Below are positions 21,910 through 31,068 of a stretch of 64,000 nucleotides of DNA, one piece after another. The notes under the pieces are model-generated. The model was given only the letters and a program-made list of their open reading frames with translations. It was not told the origin of the DNA and ran no database searches. A program made the position numbers and the translations under genes. Numbering within the stretch: position 1 is the stretch's first letter; each line of letters starts with the position of its first letter. Source of the DNA: an uncultured Gammaproteobacteria bacterium (GTDB lineage Bacteria > Pseudomonadota > Gammaproteobacteria > DSM-19610); NCBI GenBank assembly GCA_965367295.1, contig CBDUHN010000010.1, forward strand, positions 2,906 through 66,905, read 5' to 3'.

Positions 21910-23088
21910 CTACATTCGGAACTGGGCCATGAGGGCCTGCTGCTGCGACGACAGGCGGGCCAGTTCTTCACTGGCACTGGCGGTCTGTTGCGCACCGGCA
22001 GCCACCTGATCCGACACCTCGCGAATGCTGGCAATGGAATTGCTGATCTCCGCCGAAACGGCACTCTGTTCTTCCGCCGCACTGGCGATCTGGGCATTCA
22101 TATCGTTGATGCCCGACACCGAACCAGCGATATACGCCAGCGACTCCGCCGCCTTTTCCACCTGGTCGACGCTGTTCTGAGCCTGGGAACGGGCCTGCTC
22201 CATGACCTGCACCGCATCCACGGCACCCACCTGCAGGCGCTCGATCATCTGCTGGATTTCCTGGGTGGATTTCTGGGTACGGCTGGCCAGGGTACGGACC
22301 TCGTCGGCCACCACGGCAAAACCACGTCCCTGCTCGCCGGCACGGGCCGCCTCGATGGCCGCGTTGAGCGCCAGTAGATTGGTCTGTTCGGCAATTCCGC
22401 GGATCACATCCAGCACCATGCCGATGTTCTCGGTTTCCTGTTCCAGCTTCTGGATAACCTTGGCAGCCTTCTCGACTTCACCGACCAGCGAGTCAATGCC
22501 CCCAATGGCCTCGGTAGCGACCAGGGCGCCCGCCTTGGCTTCGCTGTCGGCCTCGCTGGCTGACTCGGCGGCCACCGCCGCGCTGCGCGCCACGTCCTGT
22601 ACCGAAGAGCTCATTTCACTCATGGCCATGGCCACCTGCTCCACATCGGCCTGCTGTTTCTGAACACCCCGGTTGGCCTCGTCGGTAATGGCCGACATCT
22701 CTTCCGCGGCGGCCGCAAGCTGGGTGGTGGAGCCGCTGATCTGCCCCATTATGTTACGCAGGTTCTCGGCCATCAGATTGAAGCTGGTCACGATCTCGCC
22801 AATCAGGTCATGACTTACCATGCTGCAATGATGAGACACATCGTGATTGCTGATGGCCGTGGCGATCTCGGAGATGCGCCGCAGCTTGCGCAGCAGAATC
22901 ACATTCACCAGCCAGTAATTGGCCGCCCCCAACGCGACACCCGCGGTCAGCGCACCAACCGTGAACCAGCCGAACATGCCCTCTTTCCAGTCGACAAAGA
23001 AGCCGGCGAAGAAGGGAAACACCACCCCCATCAACAGCCCGAAGCCGATGGATGCCAGCATCAGATTTCTCAATATACTCGGTTTCAT
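21910..23088 (-). CDS. Methyl-accepting chemotaxis protein with a TM hairpin and HAMP domain but no periplasmic ligand-binding domain
   Basis: The conserved signalling hairpin is present (..[37 protein letters not shown]..). Two N-terminal TM helices are joined by a loop of about 6 residues. Confidence 0.9.
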   Translation of the reverse strand: MKPSILRNLMLASIGFGLLMGVVFPFFAGFFVDWKEGMFGWFTVGALTAGVALGAANYWLVNVILLRKLRRISEIATAISNHDVSHHCSMVSHDLIGEIVTSFNLMAENLRNIMGQISGSTTQLAAAAEEMSAITDEANRGVQKQQADVEQVAMAMSEMSSSVQDVARSAAVAAESASEADSEAKAGALVATEAIGGIDSLVGEVEKAAKVIQKLEQETENIGMVLDVIRGIAEQTNLLALNAAIEAARAGEQGRGFAVVADEVRTLASRTQKSTQEIQQMIERLQVGAVDAVQVMEQARSQAQNSVDQVEKAAESLAYIAGSVSGINDMNAQIASAAEEQSAVSAEISNSIASIREVSDQVAAGAQQTASASEELARLSSQQQALMAQFRM

Positions 23089-23561
23089 TTCACACCTTCA
23101 TTATTGGGTAGCACGCCCAGAGATAACCCCACACCCCTGACCATCACCTTTTCAGCATTCCCGACACATTTGCGAACGCATTGCAATTCTTGCGCCCACA
23201 CCAGAAACATATTTATAAATCATGCAATTAAAAATCAGCCCAACCTCAAGCAACGCCACCACCAACCACAACCGCTACTAAATTGGCGCCTTCCATGGCT
23301 ATCCACCGAAGAAACCGCACCGATGTATCCTGTTTTTCGGTCACTCGGCGGATTTCTGAACCCATTGCCCCATATGGCCTTCACTCACTGGCGATATTCA
23401 CAAAGATGCCGGCCCCGCGTTCTTCCGGATCGATCCCGGACACCGCTCCGCGCGTCCTCCGTGGATTTTGTTCCCGGGCGCCTGTAGCGGCCAGGCATGT
23501 CAGGAATTAACACGTCATGCCTGCAAGGGAGGCGGTATTTCCGCAAACCGGGTCCACAAAC

Positions 23562-23592
23562 AAAAAAACCCCCGGGGCTACCGGGGGTTTTT
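23562..23592. terminator. Bidirectional rho-independent terminator
   Basis: aaaaaaaCCCCCGGggctaCCGGGGGttttt has a 7-bp GC stem flanked by an A-run and a T-run. It lies 24 nt past the stop of the 23616..24536 gene. Confidence 0.7.
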
Positions 23593-23615
23593 GATATTGC
23601 CGAAACCGGCTGCGA

Positions 23616-24536
23616 TCAGGAGGCGTCGCCACCTACTGCTTCGGCCAGTGATTTCCGAATGGCTTCCGGGCTGGACATCAGTTTCATGAAACTATGATCA
23701 CCCATCATCTTGAGGCCCGGGAAGTGCACGGCCATGCGGAAACGCATGTGCTGTGCGACCACCTTGTTGCCGGTGACCATGACTTCATAGGGCAGATAGG
23801 CATTCTGCTTCAGTTCTTCGAAGTCCACCACGCCCATCTGGAAAGCATCATCCATATGCTCGTCCCCGTCCGCGGGGGCCTTCATGGATACGCCGATAAT
23901 CGACTCATCCTTGCCGGGCACATCAATCCGGTACAGCTTGCGGACACCGGCGGCGTTGCTGGCCAGGTTCTTTTCCACGGCGGCCAACGCTTCCTTGTGG
24001 CTGCCATACTCCGCCAGCACATAGGGGTCATCGAAATATTCCATACCGAAGGTATAGTGGTATTTCTTGAGCTTGCGCTCCGTCATCTCCTTGGAGCCGA
24101 ACTCCTGGATCATACCCAGGCTTTTTTCCAGTGCGGCACGGGTATTGGCGAGATCGCTTTTCATCCGGTAGGCATAGGCCAGGTATTGCGGGTTCACGAA
24201 AGCCACCTGGATTTCGCTGCCGACCTTGTTGATGGAGGCCCGCATGGCGGTACCGAAACCACCCATTTCCGACTGGGCCGCAACCTTACGCAGGGCATCG
24301 CTGGTGAAGATAACGATATGTGCGTTTTCATACGGCACATAGTCGCCCACGACATTGAATCCGGCGCCTTCGATCTTCTGCTTCACTTCCGAGATCTTGG
24401 CCTCGAAATCACCAGGTCCCTTGTAGGCCAGAATGAACGGCAGGATCTTATCCGCCGCCATGGCACCGGTGGTCGGCAGCAACATGACGGTAAAGGCCAG
24501 TGCACCGATCGTCCATTGCATCAGTTTTTTAATCAT
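23616..24536 (-). CDS. Exported hypothetical protein (306 aa) with a Sec signal peptide
   Basis: The signal is MIKKLMQWTIGALAFTVMLLPTTGAMA/AD. I cannot name a family with confidence. The two halves loosely resemble DUF302-type alpha/beta modules (impression only). Confidence 0.7.
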   Translation of the reverse strand: MIKKLMQWTIGALAFTVMLLPTTGAMAADKILPFILAYKGPGDFEAKISEVKQKIEGAGFNVVGDYVPYENAHIVIFTSDALRKVAAQSEMGGFGTAMRASINKVGSEIQVAFVNPQYLAYAYRMKSDLANTRAALEKSLGMIQEFGSKEMTERKLKKYHYTFGMEYFDDPYVLAEYGSHKEALAAVEKNLASNAAGVRKLYRIDVPGKDESIIGVSMKAPADGDEHMDDAFQMGVVDFEELKQNAYLPYEVMVTGNKVVAQHMRFRMAVHFPGLKMMGDHSFMKLMSSPEAIRKSLAEAVGGDAS

Positions 24537-24690
24537 CTTCCCCTAACCTCCTAGTTTTTGGTCGTGCCGATTCTATGTCATTTCCACAGCAAGTACGAAC
24601 AGAACCTGCACACAAAGAAAAAGGGTCATGTCGCCACGACCCTTTTTCCGTCTTTACTTCATACAGAACCGTTCTGGCTCAGATACACAC

Positions 24691-26166
24691 TCAGAACTTC
24701 CATGCGTAGCTGACTTCCAGGGCATTCTGATCCATCCCGATCTCGGTATCGTAGGTCGGAGTACCGAAACCCGGGAACGGCGTGCTATAGCGGTAGGTCT
24801 GGTCCACATTGAAGGCACGCATATAGGCTACCGTGACTTCGTTGTTCTCGGTCGGACGATAGCTGAAGCCCAGGGTCAGGTGGGTTTCCACCACACCGGG
24901 TGCCAGGATGTTGAACAGGTTTTCCTTGTCATCAATCGGGTTGTCACCATGATTGATCCCGGCACGCAGAGTCCACTTGTCGTTGTATTCGTAGTTGAAG
25001 CCCAACTTGTAGATGGTGATGTCATCCCAGCCGAAACCCCAGCCACTGCTGGTACCCAGCGGATTGCTGACCCCGAATGCGGTGCCGCCATTGAACATGG
25101 CACCGCCGTCGGACGTCTGCGAAGTCAGCACCGCCGCGAAGGCTTCCAGAAACTCGGCTGCCGTCGGACCCGGATTGGAGATGGAATTGACGCCACTGTA
25201 GAGGATCCGCTGCACATCGAAGGCCACGGTCAGTTTGTCATTAGGCTGGAATGCGATACCGATGGCGTAATTGGCCGGGATATCAAAATCACCATTCTCG
25301 GCGAACAGGCCCGCGTAATTGTCGAATTCCTGCATGTAGATCTTGGATGCTGCACTGGCACCCACGGTCAGGGTATCGGTGACCTTGCCACGCCAGCCGA
25401 TCTTCACACCGGCACCGTAGGATTCGTCATCCCCGTTGTTGGTCACATTCGAGGGGTCGCTGGAGAAGCCCTTGAACATGCCCAGGCCGTAGGCGCGGAA
25501 ACGCTGTGCTGCGATCTGCAACGAAGCACCGATGGCGTGGTTTTCGCTCAGCTTGTAGGACACCGTGGGTGAAAGAATCAACTGGGAGAGGTTCACACCC
25601 AGAGTGGATGCCAGACTGCCATCCACTGCCGGATTGAAACCAGCCGCGACTGCAGCAACCGCATCCGCATCAGGATCACCAGGACCACCGTAGCCCGCTA
25701 CGAAGGCTGGCACGAAGGCTGTACCCAGTGCGGGAGCAAACGCATTGAAGTAATGATTGTCGTTGTGGCGGGTATTCATCCCACCGTTGGCCGCCATCGT
25801 AAGGCCAACCGCCATTTGCGGTGAAAACTGCATCACCATGCCACCATGCGGGATCGCGAACAGTGTTGCCGCGCTGTCACCGCTGGAGGCAGCCCCCCCC
25901 ATCAGGGTCGCATCCAGGGACGCATCACGATTCGGGTTAAACAGTTCGATACCGGCATCGGCACGATTACCCACGTCGATGATGGTAGCCGGGTTTACCA
26001 CGCCCGCCATGGCATCCTGACCGTAGGCCACACCGGCACCGGCCATACCCCGGTTGTGCGAGCCATAGCCGATCTTGAAATATCCATTGGTGGCATGGGC
26101 CGCCGGGGCCACCAATGCCGCTGAAACTGCCATCGTGGCCAGCGAACGCTTGAAAGTGCGATTCAT
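24691..26166 (-). CDS. FadL/TodX (OMPP1) family outer-membrane channel, long form, paralogue A
   Basis: It has a signal peptide ending AHA. The mature N-terminus TNGYFKIGYGSHNRGMAGAG is typical of the family, and the C-terminal barrel signature is ..LEVSYAWKF. It is clearly paralogous to 55901..57268. Confidence 0.85.
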   Translation of the reverse strand: MNRTFKRSLATMAVSAALVAPAAHATNGYFKIGYGSHNRGMAGAGVAYGQDAMAGVVNPATIIDVGNRADAGIELFNPNRDASLDATLMGGAASSGDSAATLFAIPHGGMVMQFSPQMAVGLTMAANGGMNTRHNDNHYFNAFAPALGTAFVPAFVAGYGGPGDPDADAVAAVAAGFNPAVDGSLASTLGVNLSQLILSPTVSYKLSENHAIGASLQIAAQRFRAYGLGMFKGFSSDPSNVTNNGDDESYGAGVKIGWRGKVTDTLTVGASAASKIYMQEFDNYAGLFAENGDFDIPANYAIGIAFQPNDKLTVAFDVQRILYSGVNSISNPGPTAAEFLEAFAAVLTSQTSDGGAMFNGGTAFGVSNPLGTSSGWGFGWDDITIYKLGFNYEYNDKWTLRAGINHGDNPIDDKENLFNILAPGVVETHLTLGFSYRPTENNEVTVAYMRAFNVDQTYRYSTPFPGFGTPTYDTEIGMDQNALEVSYAWKF

Positions 26167-26412
26167 ATCTCCATTCCTCTCGATTTTTGATGCGGAAGCG
26201 CTTTTTGTTGCAAAATAACAACAACCCCTGTGGCGCTCACCACAGCATGGCGATGCGCCTGAAAATTGTCAATATTTCATGGATAAGCAACAGCCATGCC
26301 AATTTGACATGAAGAATGCCCAAGTCCGCGTATCAGGAATACAACAACAGCTGACCTTTCGCGACAGGTGTGCTTGAATGGGCCCGCCCCACTATAGAAT
26401 GAGGAAAGCACA

Positions 26413-27750
26413 GTGAGAATCTCAGGAGCCCTTTTCCGCCTCACCGCCAAACATTTGACTATTGCCAGTCTGGCCTGCCTGACAACCCCCGGCTACGGTG
26501 CCGGGTTTGCCTTGATTGAACAAAGTGGCAGCGGTCTTGGAAATGCCTTCGCCGGTGCCGCCGCCAGCGCGGAGGATGCCACCACCATTTTCTTCAACCC
26601 GGCGGGCATGACCCGTCTGCGCGGCAGCCAGTTCATCGTGGCCGGCCATCTCGTCAAACCATCGGCTGAATTCAACGGCAGTGCGGCCGATCCGCTCGGT
26701 AACCCTATCTCCGGCGGCAATGGCAGCGATGCCGGTCACCTCGCCCTGATTCCGAATCTCTACTACAGTCGAGAACTATCGAACCAGCTGCGCTTCGGCC
26801 TGGGCATCAATGCCCCCTTCGGGTTGAAGACCGAATATGATGCCGACTGGGTGGGCCGCTATCACGCCATCGAATCCGACCTGAAAACCGTCAATATCAA
26901 CCCTGCCCTCGCCTTCCAGGCCACGCCGAAGCTGTCACTGGGTTTCGGCGTCAATATTCAGTACATCGAAGCGACCCTGAGTCAGGCCGTCAACCAGGCC
27001 ATTTCCTGCGGTGGTCTGGTGCTGGCAAGTGTATTGACGCCAGCCAATTGCGCCGGTGTGAGCGGCGACCTGACCGCAGAAGTGAATGGTGATGACTGGG
27101 GTTACGGTTATAACTTCGGCTTGCTGTATGAATTCAGCCCTGAAGCACGACTGGGTTTTGCCTATCGCTCCAAAATTACCCAGACGCTGGAGGGGGATGC
27201 ATCCTTCTCTGGAACCAATGCGGTTTTTACCGCCATCGGCTTCTTCACGCCAACCAGCGTAACGGCTGGCATCAGCTTGCCGGAGAGTGCTTCGTTGAGC
27301 CTGTATAAGGATCTCAATTCACAATGGGCTCTACTCGCCGATGCCACCTGGACCCGCTGGAGCCGTTTCCAGGAACTGCGCATCGATTTCGCCTCGAACC
27401 AGCCGGACAGCGTCACGATCGAGGACTGGGATGACAGCATGCGTTACTCGATCGGCGTGAACTACCGCCATAACAGCAGCTGGCTGCTCCGCGCAGGGAT
27501 TGCCTATGACGAAGAACCCATCCCCAGCGCAGCACGCCGCACCCCACGCATCCCCGGCAATGACCGTACCTGGCTGGCTGTGGGCGCCAATTACCGGTAT
27601 TCCTCACGCCTGTCATTCGATGCGGGATATGCACACCTGTTCGTGGATGACACGTCCATCGCCCATGCCAGCACCACCGCCGGCACCATCACCGGTGAGT
27701 ATGACAACTCCGTGGATATCCTGAGCGGACAGGTGAACTGGACTTTTTAA
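26413..27750 (+). CDS. FadL/TodX family outer-membrane transport protein (canonical length)
   Basis: It has a GTG start with GAGGA 7 nt upstream. GAGFALIEQSGSGLGNAFAGAAA is the family N-terminal hatch motif. The C-terminus is ..SGQVNWTF. Confidence 0.85.
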   Translation: MRISGALFRLTAKHLTIASLACLTTPGYGAGFALIEQSGSGLGNAFAGAAASAEDATTIFFNPAGMTRLRGSQFIVAGHLVKPSAEFNGSAADPLGNPISGGNGSDAGHLALIPNLYYSRELSNQLRFGLGINAPFGLKTEYDADWVGRYHAIESDLKTVNINPALAFQATPKLSLGFGVNIQYIEATLSQAVNQAISCGGLVLASVLTPANCAGVSGDLTAEVNGDDWGYGYNFGLLYEFSPEARLGFAYRSKITQTLEGDASFSGTNAVFTAIGFFTPTSVTAGISLPESASLSLYKDLNSQWALLADATWTRWSRFQELRIDFASNQPDSVTIEDWDDSMRYSIGVNYRHNSSWLLRAGIAYDEEPIPSAARRTPRIPGNDRTWLAVGANYRYSSRLSFDAGYAHLFVDDTSIAHASTTAGTITGEYDNSVDILSGQVNWTF

Positions 27751-27786
27751 ACCACGCCTGTTTCCGTCCGCATGAAATCCAGGCAA

Positions 27787-27838
27787 TAAAAAACCCGCTG
27801 GTTCGACTCAACAGGTCATGCCAGCGGGTTTTTATTTT
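27787..27838. terminator. Bidirectional terminator between the FadL gene and tusA
   Basis: The stem is acccgctgg(27792..27800)/ccagcgggt(27821..27829), flanked by an A-run and a T-run. Confidence 0.6.
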
Positions 27839-27940
27839 CTGTTTCGCATCATCCGGACACCGCCCGAAGATGCAGCGCCACTGCCAAAACAGGGCAAACT
27901 ACACTGGACCCGCCCCGGAGGTTCGGCTCCAGTTGCAGTC

Positions 27941-28171
27941 TTAGGACTTCTTGATCAGGAATTCAAACTTTCCGCCTGCTTCCTTGGATTCCAGCAACGT
28001 GTTGCCGGTCTGCTTGGCAAAGGCTTCAAAATCCTTCACTGAACCGGGGTCAGTCGCGATGATGCGCAGCACCTTGCCACTGTCCAGGGCGTTAAGTGCC
28101 TTTTTCGCACGCAGGATGGGCAGGGGGCAGTTCAGACCGGATGCGTCCAACTCGTCGTCGTAGTTCGCCAT
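27941..28171 (-). CDS. tusA: Sulfur carrier protein TusA (SirA family)
   Basis: The 76-aa ORF carries the LDASGLNCPLPILRAKKAL motif (CPxP active-site Cys). Confidence 0.9.
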   Translation of the reverse strand: MANYDDELDASGLNCPLPILRAKKALNALDSGKVLRIIATDPGSVKDFEAFAKQTGNTLLESKEAGGKFEFLIKKS

Positions 28172-28346
28172 TTTATAAAGCTCCTGAAATCTGTATTTGT
28201 AGTTGCTAGCGGCAGCTGAACAGGCTGACCGAGGTTGTTAGTATACAGCACTATGCTTATATGATAACAACCCGAAATATGCAGGTACTTCGCCGTCCGC
28301 CTCCCTGTATCGACAGGCATGCCAGTATCCTGAGCAGTGCGTAGCC

Positions 28347-28694
28347 CTACCCCCCCGCGATGGCACGTTCCGAATGGACCAGGGGAAGCCCGTTCCGCAC
28401 CCAATCCAGTACACCACCTCGCAGATTGACTACCTGATCATGGCCACGCGACATCAGATAGGCACAGGCCTGTGCGGAACGTGCTCCGGAACGGCAGTAA
28501 AAGACAATCGGCTTCTCATCCTGCCATTGGTCCAGCTGTAATGGCACTACATGTAGCGGCACCAGCTCGGCGCCCTCGATCACGCCCTGCGCCCATTCCC
28601 CGGGGCCGCGCACATCGATCAGCCGGTATCGGGAAGGGTCCGCCTGCAGCTGTTGCGCAAGATTCAGGCTATCGGTTTCCGGTACACCAAACAT
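28347..28694 (-). CDS. Single-domain rhodanese (thiosulfate/persulfide sulfurtransferase)
   Basis: The 115-aa ORF contains ..LIDVRGPGEW.. and the active-site loop CRSGARS. Confidence 0.9.
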   Translation of the reverse strand: MFGVPETDSLNLAQQLQADPSRYRLIDVRGPGEWAQGVIEGAELVPLHVVPLQLDQWQDEKPIVFYCRSGARSAQACAYLMSRGHDQVVNLRGGVLDWVRNGLPLVHSERAIAGG

Positions 28695-28851
28695 GGGAAA
28701 ATCACCTGCCAGGAGGTTAATTAATTAGCTTTTCATTATATACTTATTCAAAGGATGCCCTCAAGAACACGGTGGCCATCATGTTCTGGCAACGGAACCC
28801 TGCGCCCGGTATCGTGGTCCTAGCTGCAGCCACCCCAACCCCAGACCCGGA

Positions 28852-30300
28852 ATGAAGCGACTTATCAGTATCCTTATCAGCTGCGCCCTGCTCAGCAGCC
28901 TCCCGCTGGCCAACGCCAACCCGGATTTCACCGATTTACCGAGCATCGGGGACACTGCGGGCCGGTTGATTTCACCGGAACAGGAAAAGCAGTTTGGTGA
29001 ATCCTTCATGCGCCAGATCCGCCGTACGGGCAAGCTGGTGCAGGATCCGGAACTCAATGATTACCTGCAATCCCTGGGGTATCAGTTGGCCGCCGCCAGC
29101 GACACACCCCGCTACGGCTTCACTTTTTTCCTCGTCAACGATTCATCCATCAACGCCTTTGCCGGTCCCGGTGGTTACATTGGCGTCCATACCGGTTTGC
29201 TGCTGGCGGCCCGCAATGAAAGCGAGCTGGCCGGCGTGCTGGCCCATGAAATCGCCCACGTCACCCAACGCCACCTGCTGCGTGCCTATGAAGCAGCTGA
29301 ACGCATGAGTCTGCCCACCGCCGCGGCGCTGATTGCCGCCATCCTGATCGGCACCCAGGACGGCGAAGCCGGTCAGGCCGCCCTGGTAGGAGTACAGGCC
29401 GCTAGCGCCCAGTACCAGATCAATTTCACCCGCTCCAACGAAAACGAGGCCGACCGGGTGGGCATTCAGACCCTGGTCCGTGCCGGCGTGGACCCCATGG
29501 GTATGCCAGCATTTTTTGAACGTCTGCACCAGCAGACCCGCCTGTATGGCAGCCAGCTACCGGAGTTCCTGAGCACCCATCCGGTCACTACCAACCGGAT
29601 CGCGGAAACCACCGCCCGCGCCGAATCCTTCACCGGTCAGAAGGGCCGTAAGGATACCCTCAGCTTTCAGCTGGCCCGCACCAAACTGATCGTGCTGAGC
29701 AGCAACCAGTTACGGGATTTACTGGCCGACTATACACAGCGATCCCAAAAAGGCACGCTCAGTGAGGCCGACCGCTTCGGCTACGCGCTGGCCCTGTGGC
29801 GTAGTGGTGACCGGGATACCGCCCAGCACGAACTCAGCCGACTGCATAAACAGGACCCGGATCGACTCACCTTCCCCCTCAACCTCGCCAAGCTGGAACT
29901 GGAGCGCAACCGGCCTGCTGAGGCGATTACCCTCTACGAGGAGATGCTGGCGCTGTACCCCAGGAATCCCACACTCACGAGCGCCTATGCCAGCGCCCTG
30001 ATCAACCAGCAGCAGGCTGCCAAGGCAAGGAGCCTCCTGCAGGGCCTGATTCAACAGGGGGACACCCAGAACCCGGAACTCTACCGCCTGCTGGCCGAAG
30101 CCGCCGGCCAGACGGGACGCCAATGGGAATCCCACGAAGCCACAGCGGAATACTATTATCTGAACGGCCAGACCCACGAGGCCATCGACCAACTGGAGCT
30201 GGCACTCAAAACCCCGCAACTGAGTTTCTATGACAATGCGCGCATCAATGCCCGGCTGCATGCGCTGCAGAATGAGGCCCGCGAGGAAGACGCGCGCTGA
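28852..30300 (+). CDS. bepA: Periplasmic M48 metalloprotease/chaperone BepA (YfgC) with C-terminal TPRs
   Basis: It has a signal peptide, the HEIAHVTQRH zinc motif and a TPR-like C-terminal half. Confidence 0.88.
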   Translation: MKRLISILISCALLSSLPLANANPDFTDLPSIGDTAGRLISPEQEKQFGESFMRQIRRTGKLVQDPELNDYLQSLGYQLAAASDTPRYGFTFFLVNDSSINAFAGPGGYIGVHTGLLLAARNESELAGVLAHEIAHVTQRHLLRAYEAAERMSLPTAAALIAAILIGTQDGEAGQAALVGVQAASAQYQINFTRSNENEADRVGIQTLVRAGVDPMGMPAFFERLHQQTRLYGSQLPEFLSTHPVTTNRIAETTARAESFTGQKGRKDTLSFQLARTKLIVLSSNQLRDLLADYTQRSQKGTLSEADRFGYALALWRSGDRDTAQHELSRLHKQDPDRLTFPLNLAKLELERNRPAEAITLYEEMLALYPRNPTLTSAYASALINQQQAAKARSLLQGLIQQGDTQNPELYRLLAEAAGQTGRQWESHEATAEYYYLNGQTHEAIDQLELALKTPQLSFYDNARINARLHALQNEAREEDAR

Positions 30301-30486
30301 ATATCCCTATGGTATAACCATTCCGGAATAAAACCCGAAGCCCCTGCGTCCAAGCAATCACGGGCTGGTCGTAATGACCACAAATGGCAATTTGCAACCC
30401 AACGAAAACCCGGGAACGCCACTGGTATGTTACAAAACACTAATATAGAAGACATGGCATATTTTTCCCCGGCCGGCATTCCGGTT

Positions 30487-30515
30487 TTGACTACGAGGAA
30501 GCAGACAGCTATATT
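30487..30515 (+). promoter_or_regulatory. Candidate sigma-70 promoter of the sox operon (TTGACT, 17 nt, TATATT)
   Basis: TTGACT lies at 30487..30492, followed by an exactly 17-nt spacer and TATATT at 30510..30515. It sits in an AT-rich 355-bp gap and would give a leader of about 135 nt before the soxX ATG at 30657. Confidence 0.4.
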
Positions 30516-30656
30516 TTTGCGTGGTAACTGGATGACCTCAAAGGCACTAGGCAGTACACGTGCAATACTTACGAACCGCCCGCTATACACGCCGTTGACA
30601 TGCAGATGTCACGGAAACCACCACCTGACCTAATCTCAAAAATATAGGAGGAAACG

Positions 30657-31037
30657 ATGCGGCAATCCCCCAGCATCATTACCATGGCCACTTCCATCGC
30701 TGCACTACTGGGCAGCCTGGCGCTGGCGCCGGTAACCGCCGTATCTGCAGCAGAAGAGGCTGCATCGGCCGCAGACCAGGGCAAGCAAGTTGCCTTCGAC
30801 CGCAAGAAGGGCAACTGTCTTGCCTGTCATCAAATTGAAGGTGGCGACCTGCCGGGCAACGTCGGACCACCCCTGATTGCCATGAAAGCCCGTTTCCCCG
30901 ACAAGGCGAAGCTACGCGCACAGATATGGGATTCAACCAAAGCCAATCCGAACAGCATCATGCCGCCCTTCGGACGCAACAAGATCCTTTCCGAAAAAGA
31001 AATCGATCAGGTTGTAGAATTTATTCATACGCTGTAA
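30657..31037 (+). CDS. soxX: Monoheme cytochrome c SoxX
   Basis: AGGAGG lies 7 nt upstream. The product has a signal peptide and a single CLACH heme site, followed by ..PPFGRNKILSEKEIDQVVEFI... Confidence 0.9.
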   Translation: MRQSPSIITMATSIAALLGSLALAPVTAVSAAEEAASAADQGKQVAFDRKKGNCLACHQIEGGDLPGNVGPPLIAMKARFPDKAKLRAQIWDSTKANPNSIMPPFGRNKILSEKEIDQVVEFIHTL

Positions 31038-31068
31038 TTCACGCTACAGCAGATTAGGAGAAACACAC

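Noticed and set aside
30385-30396. TGGCAATTTGCA upstream of soxX, which resembles a sigma-54 promoter.
   Set aside because: The GG and GC are only 6 nt apart rather than the required 10. It cannot be a -24/-12 element.
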